64,000 nucleotides of DNA from Paludibacteraceae bacterium (GTDB lineage: Bacteria; Bacteroidota; Bacteroidia; Bacteroidales; Paludibacteraceae), in NCBI GenBank assembly GCA_017477325.1, contig JAFUWV010000005.1, forward strand, positions 2,439-66,438. The letters are read 5' to 3'. The notes beneath the pieces are model-generated. The model saw only the letters and a list, made by a program, of their open reading frames with translations, had not been told where the DNA came from and did not search any database. The position numbers were made by a program, and so were the translations under genes. Position 1 is the stretch's first letter. Each line of letters opens with the position of its first letter. Of the stretch, positions 51,551 through 62,105 are shown in pieces.

Positions 51551-52657
51551 ATGATAACACTTGAACAACTGAAAGACATACAGGAACGCACGGAGAAGTT
51601 GCGCCACTATCTCAGTATCGACGAGAAGCAGATGCAACTTCAGGAGGAAGAACTTCGCACCCAGGACCCTGACTTCTGGAGCCACCAAAAGGCTGCAGAG
51701 GCGCAGATGAAAAAGGTGAAGACACTGAAGAACTGGATTCAAGGCTTCGAGGGTGTAAGGAAGGCAACCGAAGAACTCGAACTCGCTTTCGACTACTTCA
51801 AGGAAGAGATAGTCAGCGAAGAGGAGGTGGACACTGCCTACGCCACTGCACTGAGGGAGGTGGAGAACCTTGAAATGAAGAATATGCTCTCGCATGAGGA
51901 GGACCAGATGCCAGCAGTACTGAAGATTGTGGCAGGAGCAGGAGGCACCGAAGCACAAGACTGGGCCGATATGCTCATGCGTATGTACCTCCGCTACTGC
52001 GAGAAACACGGCTACAAAACCACCATACAAAACCTGCAGGAGGGTGAAGAAGCAGGAATCAAGACTGTCACTTTCAACGTGGAAGGCGATATGGCATACG
52101 GCTACTTGAAGTCGGAGAATGGTGTACACCGCCTGGTCAGAGTGTCACCATACAATGCACAAGGCAAACGTATGACCTCTTTCTCATCGGTGTTCGTGGT
52201 GCCTCTGATTGACGACACGATAGAGGTGGAGGTCAACCCTGCTGGCATCAGTTGGGACACCTTCCGCAGTTCGGGAGCAGGAGGACAGAATGTGAACAAA
52301 GTGGAGTCCGGTGTGCGTCTGCACTACAAGTTCAAAAACCCTCTTACAGGCGAGGACGACGAGATAGTAATCGAGAACACAGAGACTCGCGACCAGCCCA
52401 AGAACCGCGAGAATGCACTGCGCCTGTTGCGCTCGCAACTCTACGAACTGGAACTGGAGAAACGTCGTCAGGCGGCAGCCAAAGTTGAAGCAGGGAAGAA
52501 AAAGATCGAATGGGGAAGTCAGATACGGAGCTACGTGTTCGACGACCGCCGGGTAAAAGACCACCGTACCAACTATCAGACCAGCAATGTGAATGCCGTA
52601 ATGGATGGTGACCTCGACGAATTCATCAAAGCCTACCTCATGGAATTCCCCGACTGA
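51551..52657 (+). CDS. prfB: Peptide chain release factor 2
   Basis: From MITLEQLKD. GGQ motif (SGAGGQNVNKVES) and an RF2-type SPF-position tripeptide that reads SPY. The frame is continuous with no internal in-frame stop. Confidence 0.9.
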   Translation: MITLEQLKDIQERTEKLRHYLSIDEKQMQLQEEELRTQDPDFWSHQKAAEAQMKKVKTLKNWIQGFEGVRKATEELELAFDYFKEEIVSEEEVDTAYATALREVENLEMKNMLSHEEDQMPAVLKIVAGAGGTEAQDWADMLMRMYLRYCEKHGYKTTIQNLQEGEEAGIKTVTFNVEGDMAYGYLKSENGVHRLVRVSPYNAQGKRMTSFSSVFVVPLIDDTIEVEVNPAGISWDTFRSSGAGGQNVNKVESGVRLHYKFKNPLTGEDDEIVIENTETRDQPKNRENALRLLRSQLYELELEKRRQAAAKVEAGKKKIEWGSQIRSYVFDDRRVKDHRTNYQTSNVNAVMDGDLDEFIKAYLMEFPD

Positions 52658-52672
52658 CAAAGCACCTACGAT

Positions 52673-53389
52673 ATGAAACGCATCTTATCTCTGACAGTAT
52701 TGTCCTTCCTCTTGGGAGGAATAGCGTTAGCCCAGGTAAACCTCGTTAACGCAGGTTACAGAAAAGCCCTTTTCATAGGTGCTCACCCCGACGACAACGA
52801 GTCGTGTGCGGGAGGCACAATGATTCTGCTGCAGCAGAACGGCTGCGAGGTGGTGAGTGTGTATCTGACCTCAGGCGAGGCAGGTATTCCCGACAAGAGT
52901 CACGACGAAGCTGCTGCCATCCGCAGAAAGGAGCTGGCTGAAGCATGTCTGATTATGGGAGTCAGACCACTGCTGATGACTCAGATTGACGGAGCTACCG
53001 AGATTAATGCAGAACGGTACAAAGAGATGCTGCAGGTGATTGAGGAAGAGAAACCCGATGTAGTGTTCACCCATTGGCCCATTGATTCCCACCGCGACCA
53101 CAGGATATGTTCTGTCCTTGTGCTTGACGCATGGAGACAAAGTGGTAAGAATTTTGATCTCTACTATTATGAGGCAGAGACCGGGATGCAGTCGAAGAAC
53201 TTCATTCCGGAGGTATATGTCAACATCGACCCTGTAGTTGAAACCAAGCATGAGGCACTACGCAAACACGTAAGCCAGAATCCGGAGGATATACTGGAGT
53301 GGCACTCGCCGATGGAGATATTCCGCGGCAGAGAGTCGGAATGTCCGAGAGCAGAAGCCTTCGTCATGCTTCACAAAACAAAGCAATAA
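52673..53389 (+). CDS. PIG-L/LmbE-family deacetylase, secreted
   Basis: Signal peptide, AHPDDNES motif and HRDH. Confidence 0.8.
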   Translation: MKRILSLTVLSFLLGGIALAQVNLVNAGYRKALFIGAHPDDNESCAGGTMILLQQNGCEVVSVYLTSGEAGIPDKSHDEAAAIRRKELAEACLIMGVRPLLMTQIDGATEINAERYKEMLQVIEEEKPDVVFTHWPIDSHRDHRICSVLVLDAWRQSGKNFDLYYYEAETGMQSKNFIPEVYVNIDPVVETKHEALRKHVSQNPEDILEWHSPMEIFRGRESECPRAEAFVMLHKTKQ

Positions 53390-53412
53390 TAACAAAACAA
53401 TATAAATTAGGT

Positions 53413-54615
53413 ATGAAAAAGACAATTATCATGGCTGCAATGTTGGGAATAATCTTTCCCATGACAGCACAAAACGACAGTATCCCTGAAGAGAAGAAAG
53501 ACTCCGGATTCGTGTTTACAACTGTAAAGGAGAACCCTATCACGAGTGTAAAAGACCAGAACCGCTCAGGCACATGCTGGGCATTTTCAACCATTGGTTT
53601 CCTTGAGTCGGAACTGCTCCGTCTGGGTAAGGGGGAGAAAGACCTGAGCGAGATGTTCGTGGTTCACAAGACAATGCAGGACCGCGCAGAGTATGTGGTC
53701 CGCATGTACGGAGAGGCACAGTTTGCTGCCGGAGGCTCGGCATACGACGTAATATACTGCCTGAAAAACTACGGCATGGTGCCGCAAGAAGTGATGCCGG
53801 GCATAATGTACGGCGACACCCTGCCCAACCACAACGAACTTGATGCTGTAGCCAAGGGCTACGTAAACGGTATCACCAAGAGCAACCTCAAGAAGCTGAC
53901 ACCGGTATGGAAGAAAGGTCTGCAGGCTGTGTATGACACATATCTGGGAGAGATACCTGAGGAGTTCGAGTACGAAGGCAAGAAATATACTCCGAAGAGT
54001 TATGCCGAGTCGCTCGGTCTGAATGCGGACGACTATGTAAGTATCACCTCTTACACCCATCATCCGTTCTACACACAGTTTGCACTCGAAGTGCCTGACA
54101 ACTGGCGTATGGACCAGATGTACAACGTACCGATGGAAGACATGATGGCTATCATTGACAACGCTTTGGACAAAGGCTTTACTCTTGCATGGGGAGCTGA
54201 CGTGAGCGAGATAGGCTTTACCCGCACCGGCATAGGAGTTATGCCTGATGCTGACAAAGGTGCAGACCTGACAGGCTCCGACGCTGCAAAGTGGCTGGGT
54301 CTTAGTGCAGCAGACAAACGCAAAGAACTGACACAGAAACCTCTGCCTGAAATGGAAATCACACAAGAGATGCGTCAGACAGCGTTTGACAACTGGGAGA
54401 CAACCGATGATCACGGTATGCAGATATACGGTATTGCCAAAGACCAAAACGGCAAAGAGTACTACATGGTCAAAAACTCATGGGGCACAAAACGCAGCGA
54501 CTACAAAGGCATATGGTACATCAGCCGTGCTTTCATGCAGTACAAGACTAACGACGTTCTGGTTCACAAAGATGCAATTCCGAAAGACATCAAAAAGAAA
54601 CTCGGAATAAAATAA
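53413..54615 (+). CDS. pepC: Aminopeptidase C-like cysteine peptidase (C1B family) with signal peptide
   Basis: From MKKTIIMAAMLGIIFPMTAQ. The active-site block is VKDQNRSGTCWAFS. HGMQIYG and KNSWG blocks are present. Confidence 0.85.
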   Translation: MKKTIIMAAMLGIIFPMTAQNDSIPEEKKDSGFVFTTVKENPITSVKDQNRSGTCWAFSTIGFLESELLRLGKGEKDLSEMFVVHKTMQDRAEYVVRMYGEAQFAAGGSAYDVIYCLKNYGMVPQEVMPGIMYGDTLPNHNELDAVAKGYVNGITKSNLKKLTPVWKKGLQAVYDTYLGEIPEEFEYEGKKYTPKSYAESLGLNADDYVSITSYTHHPFYTQFALEVPDNWRMDQMYNVPMEDMMAIIDNALDKGFTLAWGADVSEIGFTRTGIGVMPDADKGADLTGSDAAKWLGLSAADKRKELTQKPLPEMEITQEMRQTAFDNWETTDDHGMQIYGIAKDQNGKEYYMVKNSWGTKRSDYKGIWYISRAFMQYKTNDVLVHKDAIPKDIKKKLGIK

Positions 54616-54645
54616 CAACTAACAACATTATTAAAAACTAAACCT

Positions 54646-57600
54646 ATGACTACTAACATTCAACAACCCACTCGTATGCAGTTCACTCACCTTCACGTAC
54701 ACTCTCATTACAGCATTCTCGATGGTATGTCGAAAGTGCCTGATATTGTCAATCATTGTCAAGAAAACGGCATGAATGCAGTGGCCCTGACTGACCACGG
54801 CAATATGTATGGCATAAAGGAGTTTCTTGATTATTGCAAGAAGATAAACAAGAAAGCTTCAGGCAAGGTGAAAGAGTGTGAAGAGCGGATACAGAAGGCC
54901 GAACAGATGCTTGAGCAGCTGCCCGAGTGGGAGAAACAGCTCCAGACAGAGACCGACGAGCACGAGCGTGAAACACTGAATACCAGAATAAAAGATGCAC
55001 GCAAGGCCGCCGAAGACCTCCCTGGACTGCGTGAAGACCTGCCACGCCTGAAGAAGAAGGCTGAAGAATACGTACCATTCAAGCCGATAGTAGGAGTGGA
55101 AGCATATTGCGCACGCCGCAGCAGACACCTGAAGGAGAAAGGCTTCAAGCAGATTACCGGTGAGAACAGAGAGATAATAGTTGACCGCTCAGGCTGGCAT
55201 CTGATACTGCTTGCCAAGAACAAAACCGGCTACTATAACCTCTGTAAGATTGTATCACTTTCGTTTATAGAAGGTTTCTACGACAGACCGCGTATCGACA
55301 AAGAACTGCTGGAGCAGTATCACGAAGGAATAATCTGCTCGTCAGCTTGCCTTGGCGGAGAATTGCCGCAACTGATACTGCAAGGCAAAACGGACGAAGC
55401 AGAGAAGTCTATCAACTGGTTCAAATCGATATTCGGCGAGGACTATTACATAGAACTCATGCGTCACAAGACCGACAAACCCAATGCCGATACCGACGTA
55501 TATCAGAAGCAGATGATAGTGAACAAGGTGCTTGTTGAGTTAGCAAGAAAGACCAATACAAAGATTATCTGCACCAACGATGCTCACTTTGTGAAAGAAG
55601 AGCATGCCGAAGCCCACGACAGGCTTATATGTCTGAGTACCGGCAAGTATTTAGACGACCAGAACCGTATGCACTACACCAAGCAGGAGTGGCTGAAGAC
55701 ACCGGAAGAGATGGCTGCTATCTTCAGCGACCTGCCTGAGGCACTCAGTAACACTCAGGAGATAGTGGACAAGGTTGAAGTGTATGACATAGACTCAGCA
55801 CCTATCATGCCGCTGTTCCCCATACCTGAGGATTTTGGCACAGAAGAGGAGTACCGTCAGCGGTTCACACATGAAGACCTGTTCAACGAGTTCACACGTG
55901 ACGAAAAAGGCAATGTGGTACTTAGCCAGGAGGAAGCGGAGAAGAAGATAAAGAAGCTGGGAGGCTATGACCGGTTATATCGTATAAAACTGGAGGCCGA
56001 CTACTTGAGCAAACTGACATGGGAAGGTGCAGCAAAGCGTTATCCCGGCGATGCCCTGACAGATGAACACAAAGAGCGTATCAACTTCGAACTCCACGTC
56101 ATGAAGACAATGGGTTTCCCCGGATATTTTCTTATAGTGATGGACTATATACGTGCCGCAAGAGAGGAGCTTGGAGTGAGTGTCGGTCCGGGCCGTGGCT
56201 CGGCAGCAGGCTCTGTAGTTGCCTACTGTCTCCGTATCACAGACCTTGACCCGTTGAAGTACGACTTGCTGTTTGAGCGTTTCCTGAATCCTGACCGTAT
56301 TTCACTGCCCGATATAGATGTTGACTTTGACGATGCAGGCAGAGAGCGCGTTCTGAACTGGGTAAGCGAGAAATACGGCAAGACACATGTGGCGCACATC
56401 ATCACTTACGGCACCATGGCAGCCAAGTCGGCAATAGCTGACGTGGGAAGAGTGCAGCGCGTGCCACTGGCACAGGTGAACGAAATCAAAAAACTTGTTC
56501 CTGACAAGTTCCCTGACGAACTGAAAGACGAGAAAGGCAAGACCCCGAAAGTGAATCTGCATAACTGCTACAGATATGTAGACGAACTGAAGGCGCTGCT
56601 GAACGGTGAAGATGACAATGTGTCATCGATGCTGCATTATGCAGAAGAGTTGGAAGATACGATTCGGCAAGTGGGAATACATGCTTGTGGAGTCATAATA
56701 GGTGCTGACGACTTGACCAAGTTTGCCCCCCTGGCTACCATCAAGGACAGAGACACAGGCGAAGACATTATGGTGACACAATACGACGGTCACGTGGTGG
56801 AGAATGTGGGACTCATAAAGATGGACTTCCTGGGACTGAAAACTCTGACTATCATCAAGGAGGCTCTTAGCAACATACGTCACTCCAAGGGTGAAGCTGC
56901 CGTGCCTGACATAGACAACATACCGATAGACGACCCCCTGACATACAAGCTGTTCCAAGAGGGAAAAACAATAGCCGTGTTCCAGTTTGAATCGCCCGGC
57001 ATGCAGAAGCACATGAAGAATCTGAAGCCTACACAGATTGGTGATCTGATAGCGATGAATGCTCTGTATCGTCCCGGACCGATGGACTATATAGACTCAT
57101 TCATCCGCAGAAAGCATGGCAGAGAAGAAATAACGTATGACATACCTGTGATGGAAAAGTATCTGAAAGATACGTACGGCATTACGGTATATCAGGAGCA
57201 GGTGATGCTACTATCGCGTCTGCTGGCAGGCTTCACTCGCGGTCAGGCAGACTCGTTGAGAAAGGCTATGGGCAAGAAGATATTTGCCATGCTGGCCGAC
57301 TTGAAACCCAAGTTCATAGAAGGAGGCAAGAAGAACGGCCATAACCCGCAGGTATTAGAGAAAATTTGGAAAGACTGGGAAGCCTTTGCAAGTTATGCTT
57401 TCAACAAGTCGCATGCCGCTTGCTATGCGTGGGTGGCATACCAAACCGCCTACCTGAAGGCACATTTCCCTGCCGAGTTTATGGCAGCCAACCTGACAGT
57501 CTCCAAAGATGATATCACATCGGTTACCAAGCTTATGGACGAATGTCGTTCGCTTGGCATTAACGTGTTGCGTCCGGACATCAACGAGTCGGAACTGAAC

Positions 57601-58758
57601 TTCACCGTGAATCAGACGGGTGACATACGGTTTGGACTTGGAGGAATAAAAGGCGTAGGCGAGAGTGCAGTAGAGGCAATACTTAGAGAGCGTGCAGCTA
57701 ACGGCAAGTTTGACAGCATATATAATTTTGTAGAGCGGGTAAATCTCAATGCTTGCAACAAGAAAGCAGTTGAGAGCATGGCATTGGCAGGAGCTTTCGA
57801 CGGGCTGGAAGGTCTGTACAGAGAACAACTGATGGACATAAACAGCAAAGGTGAGAACGTGCTTGACACTCTGATGAGATACGGCAACCAGTACCAACTG
57901 GAAAAAGACATGCAACAGAATTCGCTGTTTGGCGGCTTCGACTCGGAATTAGCAGTAGAGATACAGAAACCGGAACTACCACTGGTACCACGCCGCTCTG
58001 CGATAGAGAAATTGAACATAGAGAAATCGCTGATAGGCATATTCCTCTCTGCCCACCCACTTGACGAGTATGAGTTTGAGATTAGGAAACTATGCAGTAT
58101 GACTACAGCCGAGCTCAGTTATTTCGATCAGTTTGTCAGGCCGGACGAACGCAGTTCATTCATTACACCTGAAGACAAAATGCCTCCGCTGGATTGGATA
58201 GAAAAATACGAGAATAAATCAGTAAAGATAGGTGGCATTATCACAAAAGTGGAGAAACTGATTAGCAAGAACAACAATGCTTATGGGCGTTTTACAATAG
58301 AGGACTACACCGGCACATATACTTTTGTTGTCTTTGGAGAAACATATCAGAGGATAGCGCCCATGATGATAGAGAACTTATACGCAGCAGTAAGCGGTGT
58401 GGTACAACAGCGTGGTGCAGGCAGGCAGTATTTCAAACCCGCACTGCCCAAAGATGCAGAGTATGAATTCAGCGTGAAAAGCATAGAACAACTGCAGGGT
58501 ATGCAGGAGCACTATTTGAAAGAACTGCGTCTGAAAGTACCAATTACTAACATCAGCCCTGATTTCAACGAGGAGTTGGTTGATCTTGCCAAGAAAAGTG
58601 CGGGGACAGCATCACTGACCTTGCAGATATTTGACGAACAACATAGAAACAAACTGACACTTGTATCTAAAAAGTACAAGATCAAAATCACTAAAGACTT
58701 GTGGCATTGGCTTCAGACCGGCGAATCAAAGGAAAGATTCAGTTTTGAAGTAATCTAA
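54646..58758 (+). CDS. dnaE: DNA polymerase III alpha subunit
   Basis: PHP domain FTHLHVHSHYSILDG, polymerase core (LPDIDVDF, GLIKMDFLGLKTL), HhH and OB domains. A charged insertion lies in the PHP domain. Confidence 0.95.
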   Translation: MTTNIQQPTRMQFTHLHVHSHYSILDGMSKVPDIVNHCQENGMNAVALTDHGNMYGIKEFLDYCKKINKKASGKVKECEERIQKAEQMLEQLPEWEKQLQTETDEHERETLNTRIKDARKAAEDLPGLREDLPRLKKKAEEYVPFKPIVGVEAYCARRSRHLKEKGFKQITGENREIIVDRSGWHLILLAKNKTGYYNLCKIVSLSFIEGFYDRPRIDKELLEQYHEGIICSSACLGGELPQLILQGKTDEAEKSINWFKSIFGEDYYIELMRHKTDKPNADTDVYQKQMIVNKVLVELARKTNTKIICTNDAHFVKEEHAEAHDRLICLSTGKYLDDQNRMHYTKQEWLKTPEEMAAIFSDLPEALSNTQEIVDKVEVYDIDSAPIMPLFPIPEDFGTEEEYRQRFTHEDLFNEFTRDEKGNVVLSQEEAEKKIKKLGGYDRLYRIKLEADYLSKLTWEGAAKRYPGDALTDEHKERINFELHVMKTMGFPGYFLIVMDYIRAAREELGVSVGPGRGSAAGSVVAYCLRITDLDPLKYDLLFERFLNPDRISLPDIDVDFDDAGRERVLNWVSEKYGKTHVAHIITYGTMAAKSAIADVGRVQRVPLAQVNEIKKLVPDKFPDELKDEKGKTPKVNLHNCYRYVDELKALLNGEDDNVSSMLHYAEELEDTIRQVGIHACGVIIGADDLTKFAPLATIKDRDTGEDIMVTQYDGHVVENVGLIKMDFLGLKTLTIIKEALSNIRHSKGEAAVPDIDNIPIDDPLTYKLFQEGKTIAVFQFESPGMQKHMKNLKPTQIGDLIAMNALYRPGPMDYIDSFIRRKHGREEITYDIPVMEKYLKDTYGITVYQEQVMLLSRLLAGFTRGQADSLRKAMGKKIFAMLADLKPKFIEGGKKNGHNPQVLEKIWKDWEAFASYAFNKSHAACYAWVAYQTAYLKAHFPAEFMAANLTVSKDDITSVTKLMDECRSLGINVLRPDINESELNFTVNQTGDIRFGLGGIKGVGESAVEAILRERAANGKFDSIYNFVERVNLNACNKKAVESMALAGAFDGLEGLYREQLMDINSKGENVLDTLMRYGNQYQLEKDMQQNSLFGGFDSELAVEIQKPELPLVPRRSAIEKLNIEKSLIGIFLSAHPLDEYEFEIRKLCSMTTAELSYFDQFVRPDERSSFITPEDKMPPLDWIEKYENKSVKIGGIITKVEKLISKNNNAYGRFTIEDYTGTYTFVVFGETYQRIAPMMIENLYAAVSGVVQQRGAGRQYFKPALPKDAEYEFSVKSIEQLQGMQEHYLKELRLKVPITNISPDFNEELVDLAKKSAGTASLTLQIFDEQHRNKLTLVSKKYKIKITKDLWHWLQTGESKERFSFEVI

Positions 58759-59986
58759 GTGCTTCGCCAACAACATAGTTGCTGCCGCCGATGAAGATAG
58801 TGTCATCAGCGGCGGCTTCATTTATTGCCTCCGTAACAGCCGACTCTACATAAGAGAACGCTCTGCCCTGCAGTCCTACTGCGGATGCCATGTTGAGTAG
58901 TTCAGGTGCAGGAATGGCACGGTGTGTTTGAGCCTGAGTGAAATAATAAGTAGCGGACTTAGGCAGAAGACGCAGCACTTCTGTAACATCTTTGTCGCTA
59001 ACCATTCCGAATACAATCCTAAGATTGTTAATCAGCTTGAGATCGTCTATATATGCCCGAACTCCATGAGAGTTGTGCCCGGTATCAAGAATGATATTCA
59101 GTGAGTGAGTCTTGGGAGACAAGATAGTGAGTTGCTGCCAACGGCCTTGTAGACCCGTAAGGTCGCAGACACGCATCAGTCCCTGACTGACTGCCTCTTT
59201 AGGGATATCCCAACCTCGAGTGCGCAGAACCGATACTGTGGAGAGCACAGTACGGATATTCTTCTGCTGGTACAATCCTTTGAGCTGACAGTCAGGAAGA
59301 TGAGTAAAGGACTGCTCTTCTGCAAATAGAATGTCACAACTATTCCGCTCTGCAGCAGAGAGAAAAACAGGACGCGTCTGAGCACATGCTTCACCTATGA
59401 CAACAGGAACATGAGGTTTGATGATTCCGGCTTTCTCAGTAGCAATCTCTTCAAGAGTGTCACCGAGAAATTCGGTATGATCTAAACCGATATTGGTTAT
59501 AACACTTACTTGCGGTGTGATAATGTTTGTGGAATCTAGTCTGCCACCGAGCCCAACTTCTACAACTGCGATGTCCACTTTTTCGCTTGCGAACCACGAG
59601 AAAGCAAGAGCCATGGTGGTTTCAAAGAATGACGGCTTTACCTTTTCAAGCAGTTGGCGGTTGTGCTCTACAAAATCAACCACCGCTTGCTTAGGAATCA
59701 TAATTCCGTTGATGCGGATACGTTCGCGGTAATCAACAAGATGCGGAGAGGTATAAAGCGCAGTTTTGTAGCCTGCTGACTGAAGAATAGCCGCCAACAT
59801 GTGTGAGGTACTACCCTTACCGTTAGTGCCTGCTATGTGGACTGTTGGGAACTGGAGATGCGGATTACCGAGTGCCTGCATAAGGCTCACGGTGTTGCCG
59901 AGTCCCGGCTTGTAAGCTGCAGCTCCTACCAAATGAAAAGCAGGTTGGGAGTTGTATAGATACTGAAGCGTCTCAGAATATGTCAT
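58739..59986 (-). CDS. folC: Bifunctional folylpolyglutamate synthase / dihydrofolate synthase
   Basis: Mur-ligase P-loop HIAGTNGKGST and 415 aa length. Its 3' end overlaps the dnaE 3' end by 20 nt. Confidence 0.9.
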   Translation of the reverse strand: MTYSETLQYLYNSQPAFHLVGAAAYKPGLGNTVSLMQALGNPHLQFPTVHIAGTNGKGSTSHMLAAILQSAGYKTALYTSPHLVDYRERIRINGIMIPKQAVVDFVEHNRQLLEKVKPSFFETTMALAFSWFASEKVDIAVVEVGLGGRLDSTNIITPQVSVITNIGLDHTEFLGDTLEEIATEKAGIIKPHVPVVIGEACAQTRPVFLSAAERNSCDILFAEEQSFTHLPDCQLKGLYQQKNIRTVLSTVSVLRTRGWDIPKEAVSQGLMRVCDLTGLQGRWQQLTILSPKTHSLNIILDTGHNSHGVRAYIDDLKLINNLRIVFGMVSDKDVTEVLRLLPKSATYYFTQAQTHRAIPAPELLNMASAVGLQGRAFSYVESAVTEAINEAAADDTIFIGGSNYVVGEALRLLQN

Positions 59987-60018
59987 CGAAATGATTTATT
60001 TATGCCATTTACAAGATA

Positions 60019-60026
60019 CAAAGGTA
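60019..60026 (-). promoter_or_regulatory. -7 box TACCTTTG for folC
   Basis: The reverse complement of caaaggta lies 33 nt upstream of ATG 59986. Confidence 0.45.
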
Positions 60027-60173
60027 AGGCATTTTAAAGAAATTACGGTAAATGAAAGAACCTTCATTTTTTTTCAGTAGACTAGTTCTCTCATTATCAG
60101 GATGATTTAGAAATAGAGATAAAATAAATCTATTTTTTTTGCGGAAATATTTGGTCATATCAAAAATTAGCAG

Positions 60174-60181
60174 TACCTTTG
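60174..60181 (+). promoter_or_regulatory. -7 box TACCTTTG for tRNA-Val
   Basis: AGTACCTTTGCACCC lies 27 nt upstream of tRNA position 1. Confidence 0.5.
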
Positions 60182-60207
60182 CACCCGCATTTGAGAAAAC
60201 AATGCAC

Positions 60208-60282
60208 GGGCGAATAGCGCAGTTGGTTCAGAGCATCTGCCTTACAAGCAGAGGGTCGGGGGTTCGAATCCCTCTTAGCCCA
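60208..60282 (+). tRNA. tRNA-Val (anticodon UAC)
   Basis: Folded by hand. Anticodon arm TCTGC-CTTACAA-GCAGA. T-arm GGGGG-TTCGAAT-CCCTC. Acceptor GGGCGAA/TTAGCCC with one G-A mismatch. D-stem GCGC/GAGC with one G-A mismatch. No CCA is encoded. Confidence 0.8.
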
Positions 60283-60285
60283 CAC

Positions 60286-60319
60286 AAGAAGACTTGAGAA
60301 ATCAGGTCTTCTTTTTTTG
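60286..60319 (+). terminator. Intrinsic terminator of tRNA-Val
   Basis: AAGAAGAC-ttgagaaatcag-GTCTTCTT followed by TTTTT. Confidence 0.8.
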
Positions 60320-60338
60320 TTATATTAGGAAAAAGTAT

Positions 60339-60346
60339 TATCTTTG
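60339..60346 (+). promoter_or_regulatory. -7 box TATCTTTG for the engB operon
   Basis: It lies 36 nt upstream of ATG 60382. Confidence 0.5.
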
Positions 60347-60381
60347 CACACATAAAATCAGCAAAGAAAAGAAGATAAAAA

Positions 60382-60978
60382 ATGCAAATAAACACCTCAT
60401 CATTTGTTATATCAAGTCCTGACGTGAGCAGTTGTCCCAAAACAACGCTACCTGAGTATGCATTTATTGGCAGGAGCAATGTTGGCAAATCATCACTAAT
60501 CAACATGCTGTGCAATCATGAAGGTCTTGCAAAGACATCATCAAAACCGGGCAAAACACTGCTCATCAACCACTTTCTGATTAACAACACATGGCATCTG
60601 GTGGATCTGCCAGGCTATGGTTATGCACAGGCAGGAAAAAAACAAAGAGAGCAACTTCGACGGATGATAGAGCGCTACTGCCTCTTACGCGAGCAACTGA
60701 TTTCTATGTTTGTGCTGGTTGATATACGGCATGAAGCACAGCAAATAGACATGGATTTTATGCAATGGCTTGGTGAGAACGAGATACCTTTCGCTATAGT
60801 CTTCACTAAAGCAGACAAATTATCAAGACAAGCACAGCAAGAGAACATCGAACAATACCGAGTGCGACTGAGCGAACAATGGGAGGAGTTACCACCAATG
60901 TTTGTCACATCGGCAGAGAAGCACATCGGCAGAGATGATATATTGAATTACATCGAAGAAATCAACAATAGTCTATGA
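60382..60978 (+). CDS. engB: Ribosome biogenesis GTP-binding protein YsxC/EngB
   Basis: G1 [18 protein letters not shown], and TKADK as G4. Confidence 0.9.
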   Translation: MQINTSSFVISSPDVSSCPKTTLPEYAFIGRSNVGKSSLINMLCNHEGLAKTSSKPGKTLLINHFLINNTWHLVDLPGYGYAQAGKKQREQLRRMIERYCLLREQLISMFVLVDIRHEAQQIDMDFMQWLGENEIPFAIVFTKADKLSRQAQQENIEQYRVRLSEQWEELPPMFVTSAEKHIGRDDILNYIEEINNSL

Positions 60979-62105
60979 GAAAATCAGCAGTGATATTGGG
61001 GTGGATATTTGTTTGCATGCTACTAACAACAAGTTGCAAGAAGCAGGCATCAAACGTAGCAATACAAATACCACATGGGCAATATGCTCAAGGGTTTGTG
61101 CTGACAGAGCATGAAGATTATAGTGAGGTGATTATTTTTGACCCATGGGAAAAAGGCAAAGTGATGCAGAGGTATTTTTTGGTGACAGGTGATGGTACAC
61201 AGGTGACAGGAGACGGGCTGGTTGTAAGAGTGCCTATCAGGAGAATGGCGGTCACATCATGCACACATGTAGGTTTCTTAGATGCACTTGGCGAGACAGG
61301 TTCTCTGTGCGGAATATGCTCTCCGAAATTAGTATATACACCTATACCATCAGAGAAAGAAGGATGTGCCGACCTGGGAGATGCCATGCAAGTGAATCCG
61401 GAAAGAGTAATACTGACCCACCCTGACGCTGTGATGATAAGCACCTACGCACAAGGCGATGGGGTAAGACAATATATGGAGAAAACCGATATTCCTGTAA
61501 TCTACAACAATGAATGGACAGAATCTTCGCCTCTTGCACGGGCAGAGTGGATACGGCTTATAGGAGCTTTTTATGATAAGCAGGAGATGGCGGATAGCAT
61601 ATTCAGGTGTGTAGAAACACAATACAAGGAGTTAAGACAGCAAGTCAAAGAGCAAATAAAGGAAAAGCGCACGCTGATGGCAGGAAACAACTTCAGAGGG
61701 ACATGGTATATGCCAAGCGGGAAAGTATATACAGGCCAATTATACAGAGATGCAGGTGCGAGCTATTTTTATGAAAACGACTCCACAAACGGGAGTATTC
61801 CGCTAACAGTGGAGAGCGTACTGATGAATTTCCGCAATGCCGATGTATGGGTTAACAGTACAGCACGCAGCATGAAAGAACTACGCGAGATAGACGAGAA
61901 GCACACTTGGTTCAAAGCTTACCGGACGGGAGAGGTGTATAACTTTCTTCGCCGCAGTACGGACTACGGAGCCAACGACTTCTGGGAGAGTGCGGTAGTA
62001 CATCCCGAGAGGTTACTGAGAGACATGGTGTGGGTGCTGTATCCCAAATTGCTACCTTCGGACTATGAGCCGTATTACACAGAGAAAATCGGTGATAGCG
62101 AATAA
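60975..62105 (+). CDS. Periplasmic-binding-protein-type lipoprotein (BtuF/iron-siderophore-like ABC substrate-binding protein)
   Basis: Lipobox LTTSCKK and a two-lobed alpha/beta pattern. The assignment comes from general resemblance only. A 4-nt ATGA overlap links it to engB. Confidence 0.5.
   Translation: MRKSAVILGWIFVCMLLTTSCKKQASNVAIQIPHGQYAQGFVLTEHEDYSEVIIFDPWEKGKVMQRYFLVTGDGTQVTGDGLVVRVPIRRMAVTSCTHVGFLDALGETGSLCGICSPKLVYTPIPSEKEGCADLGDAMQVNPERVILTHPDAVMISTYAQGDGVRQYMEKTDIPVIYNNEWTESSPLARAEWIRLIGAFYDKQEMADSIFRCVETQYKELRQQVKEQIKEKRTLMAGNNFRGTWYMPSGKVYTGQLYRDAGASYFYENDSTNGSIPLTVESVLMNFRNADVWVNSTARSMKELREIDEKHTWFKAYRTGEVYNFLRRSTDYGANDFWESAVVHPERLLRDMVWVLYPKLLPSDYEPYYTEKIGDSE

Noticed and set aside
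51500-51640. Programmed +1 frameshift site in prfB
   Set aside because: I looked for the usual short N-terminal ORF ending in CTT TGA. The frame is continuous from MITLEQLKD through the GGQ domain with no in-frame stop, so this prfB appears to lack the frameshift.
60228-60515. 95-aa minus-strand ORF
   Set aside because: It is antisense to tRNA-Val, its terminator and the engB promoter and start. The sequence has no coding character.
60900-60990. Cobalamin riboswitch upstream of the BtuF-like binding protein
   Set aside because: The gene overlaps the engB stop by 4 nt, so there is no leader that could hold a riboswitch.
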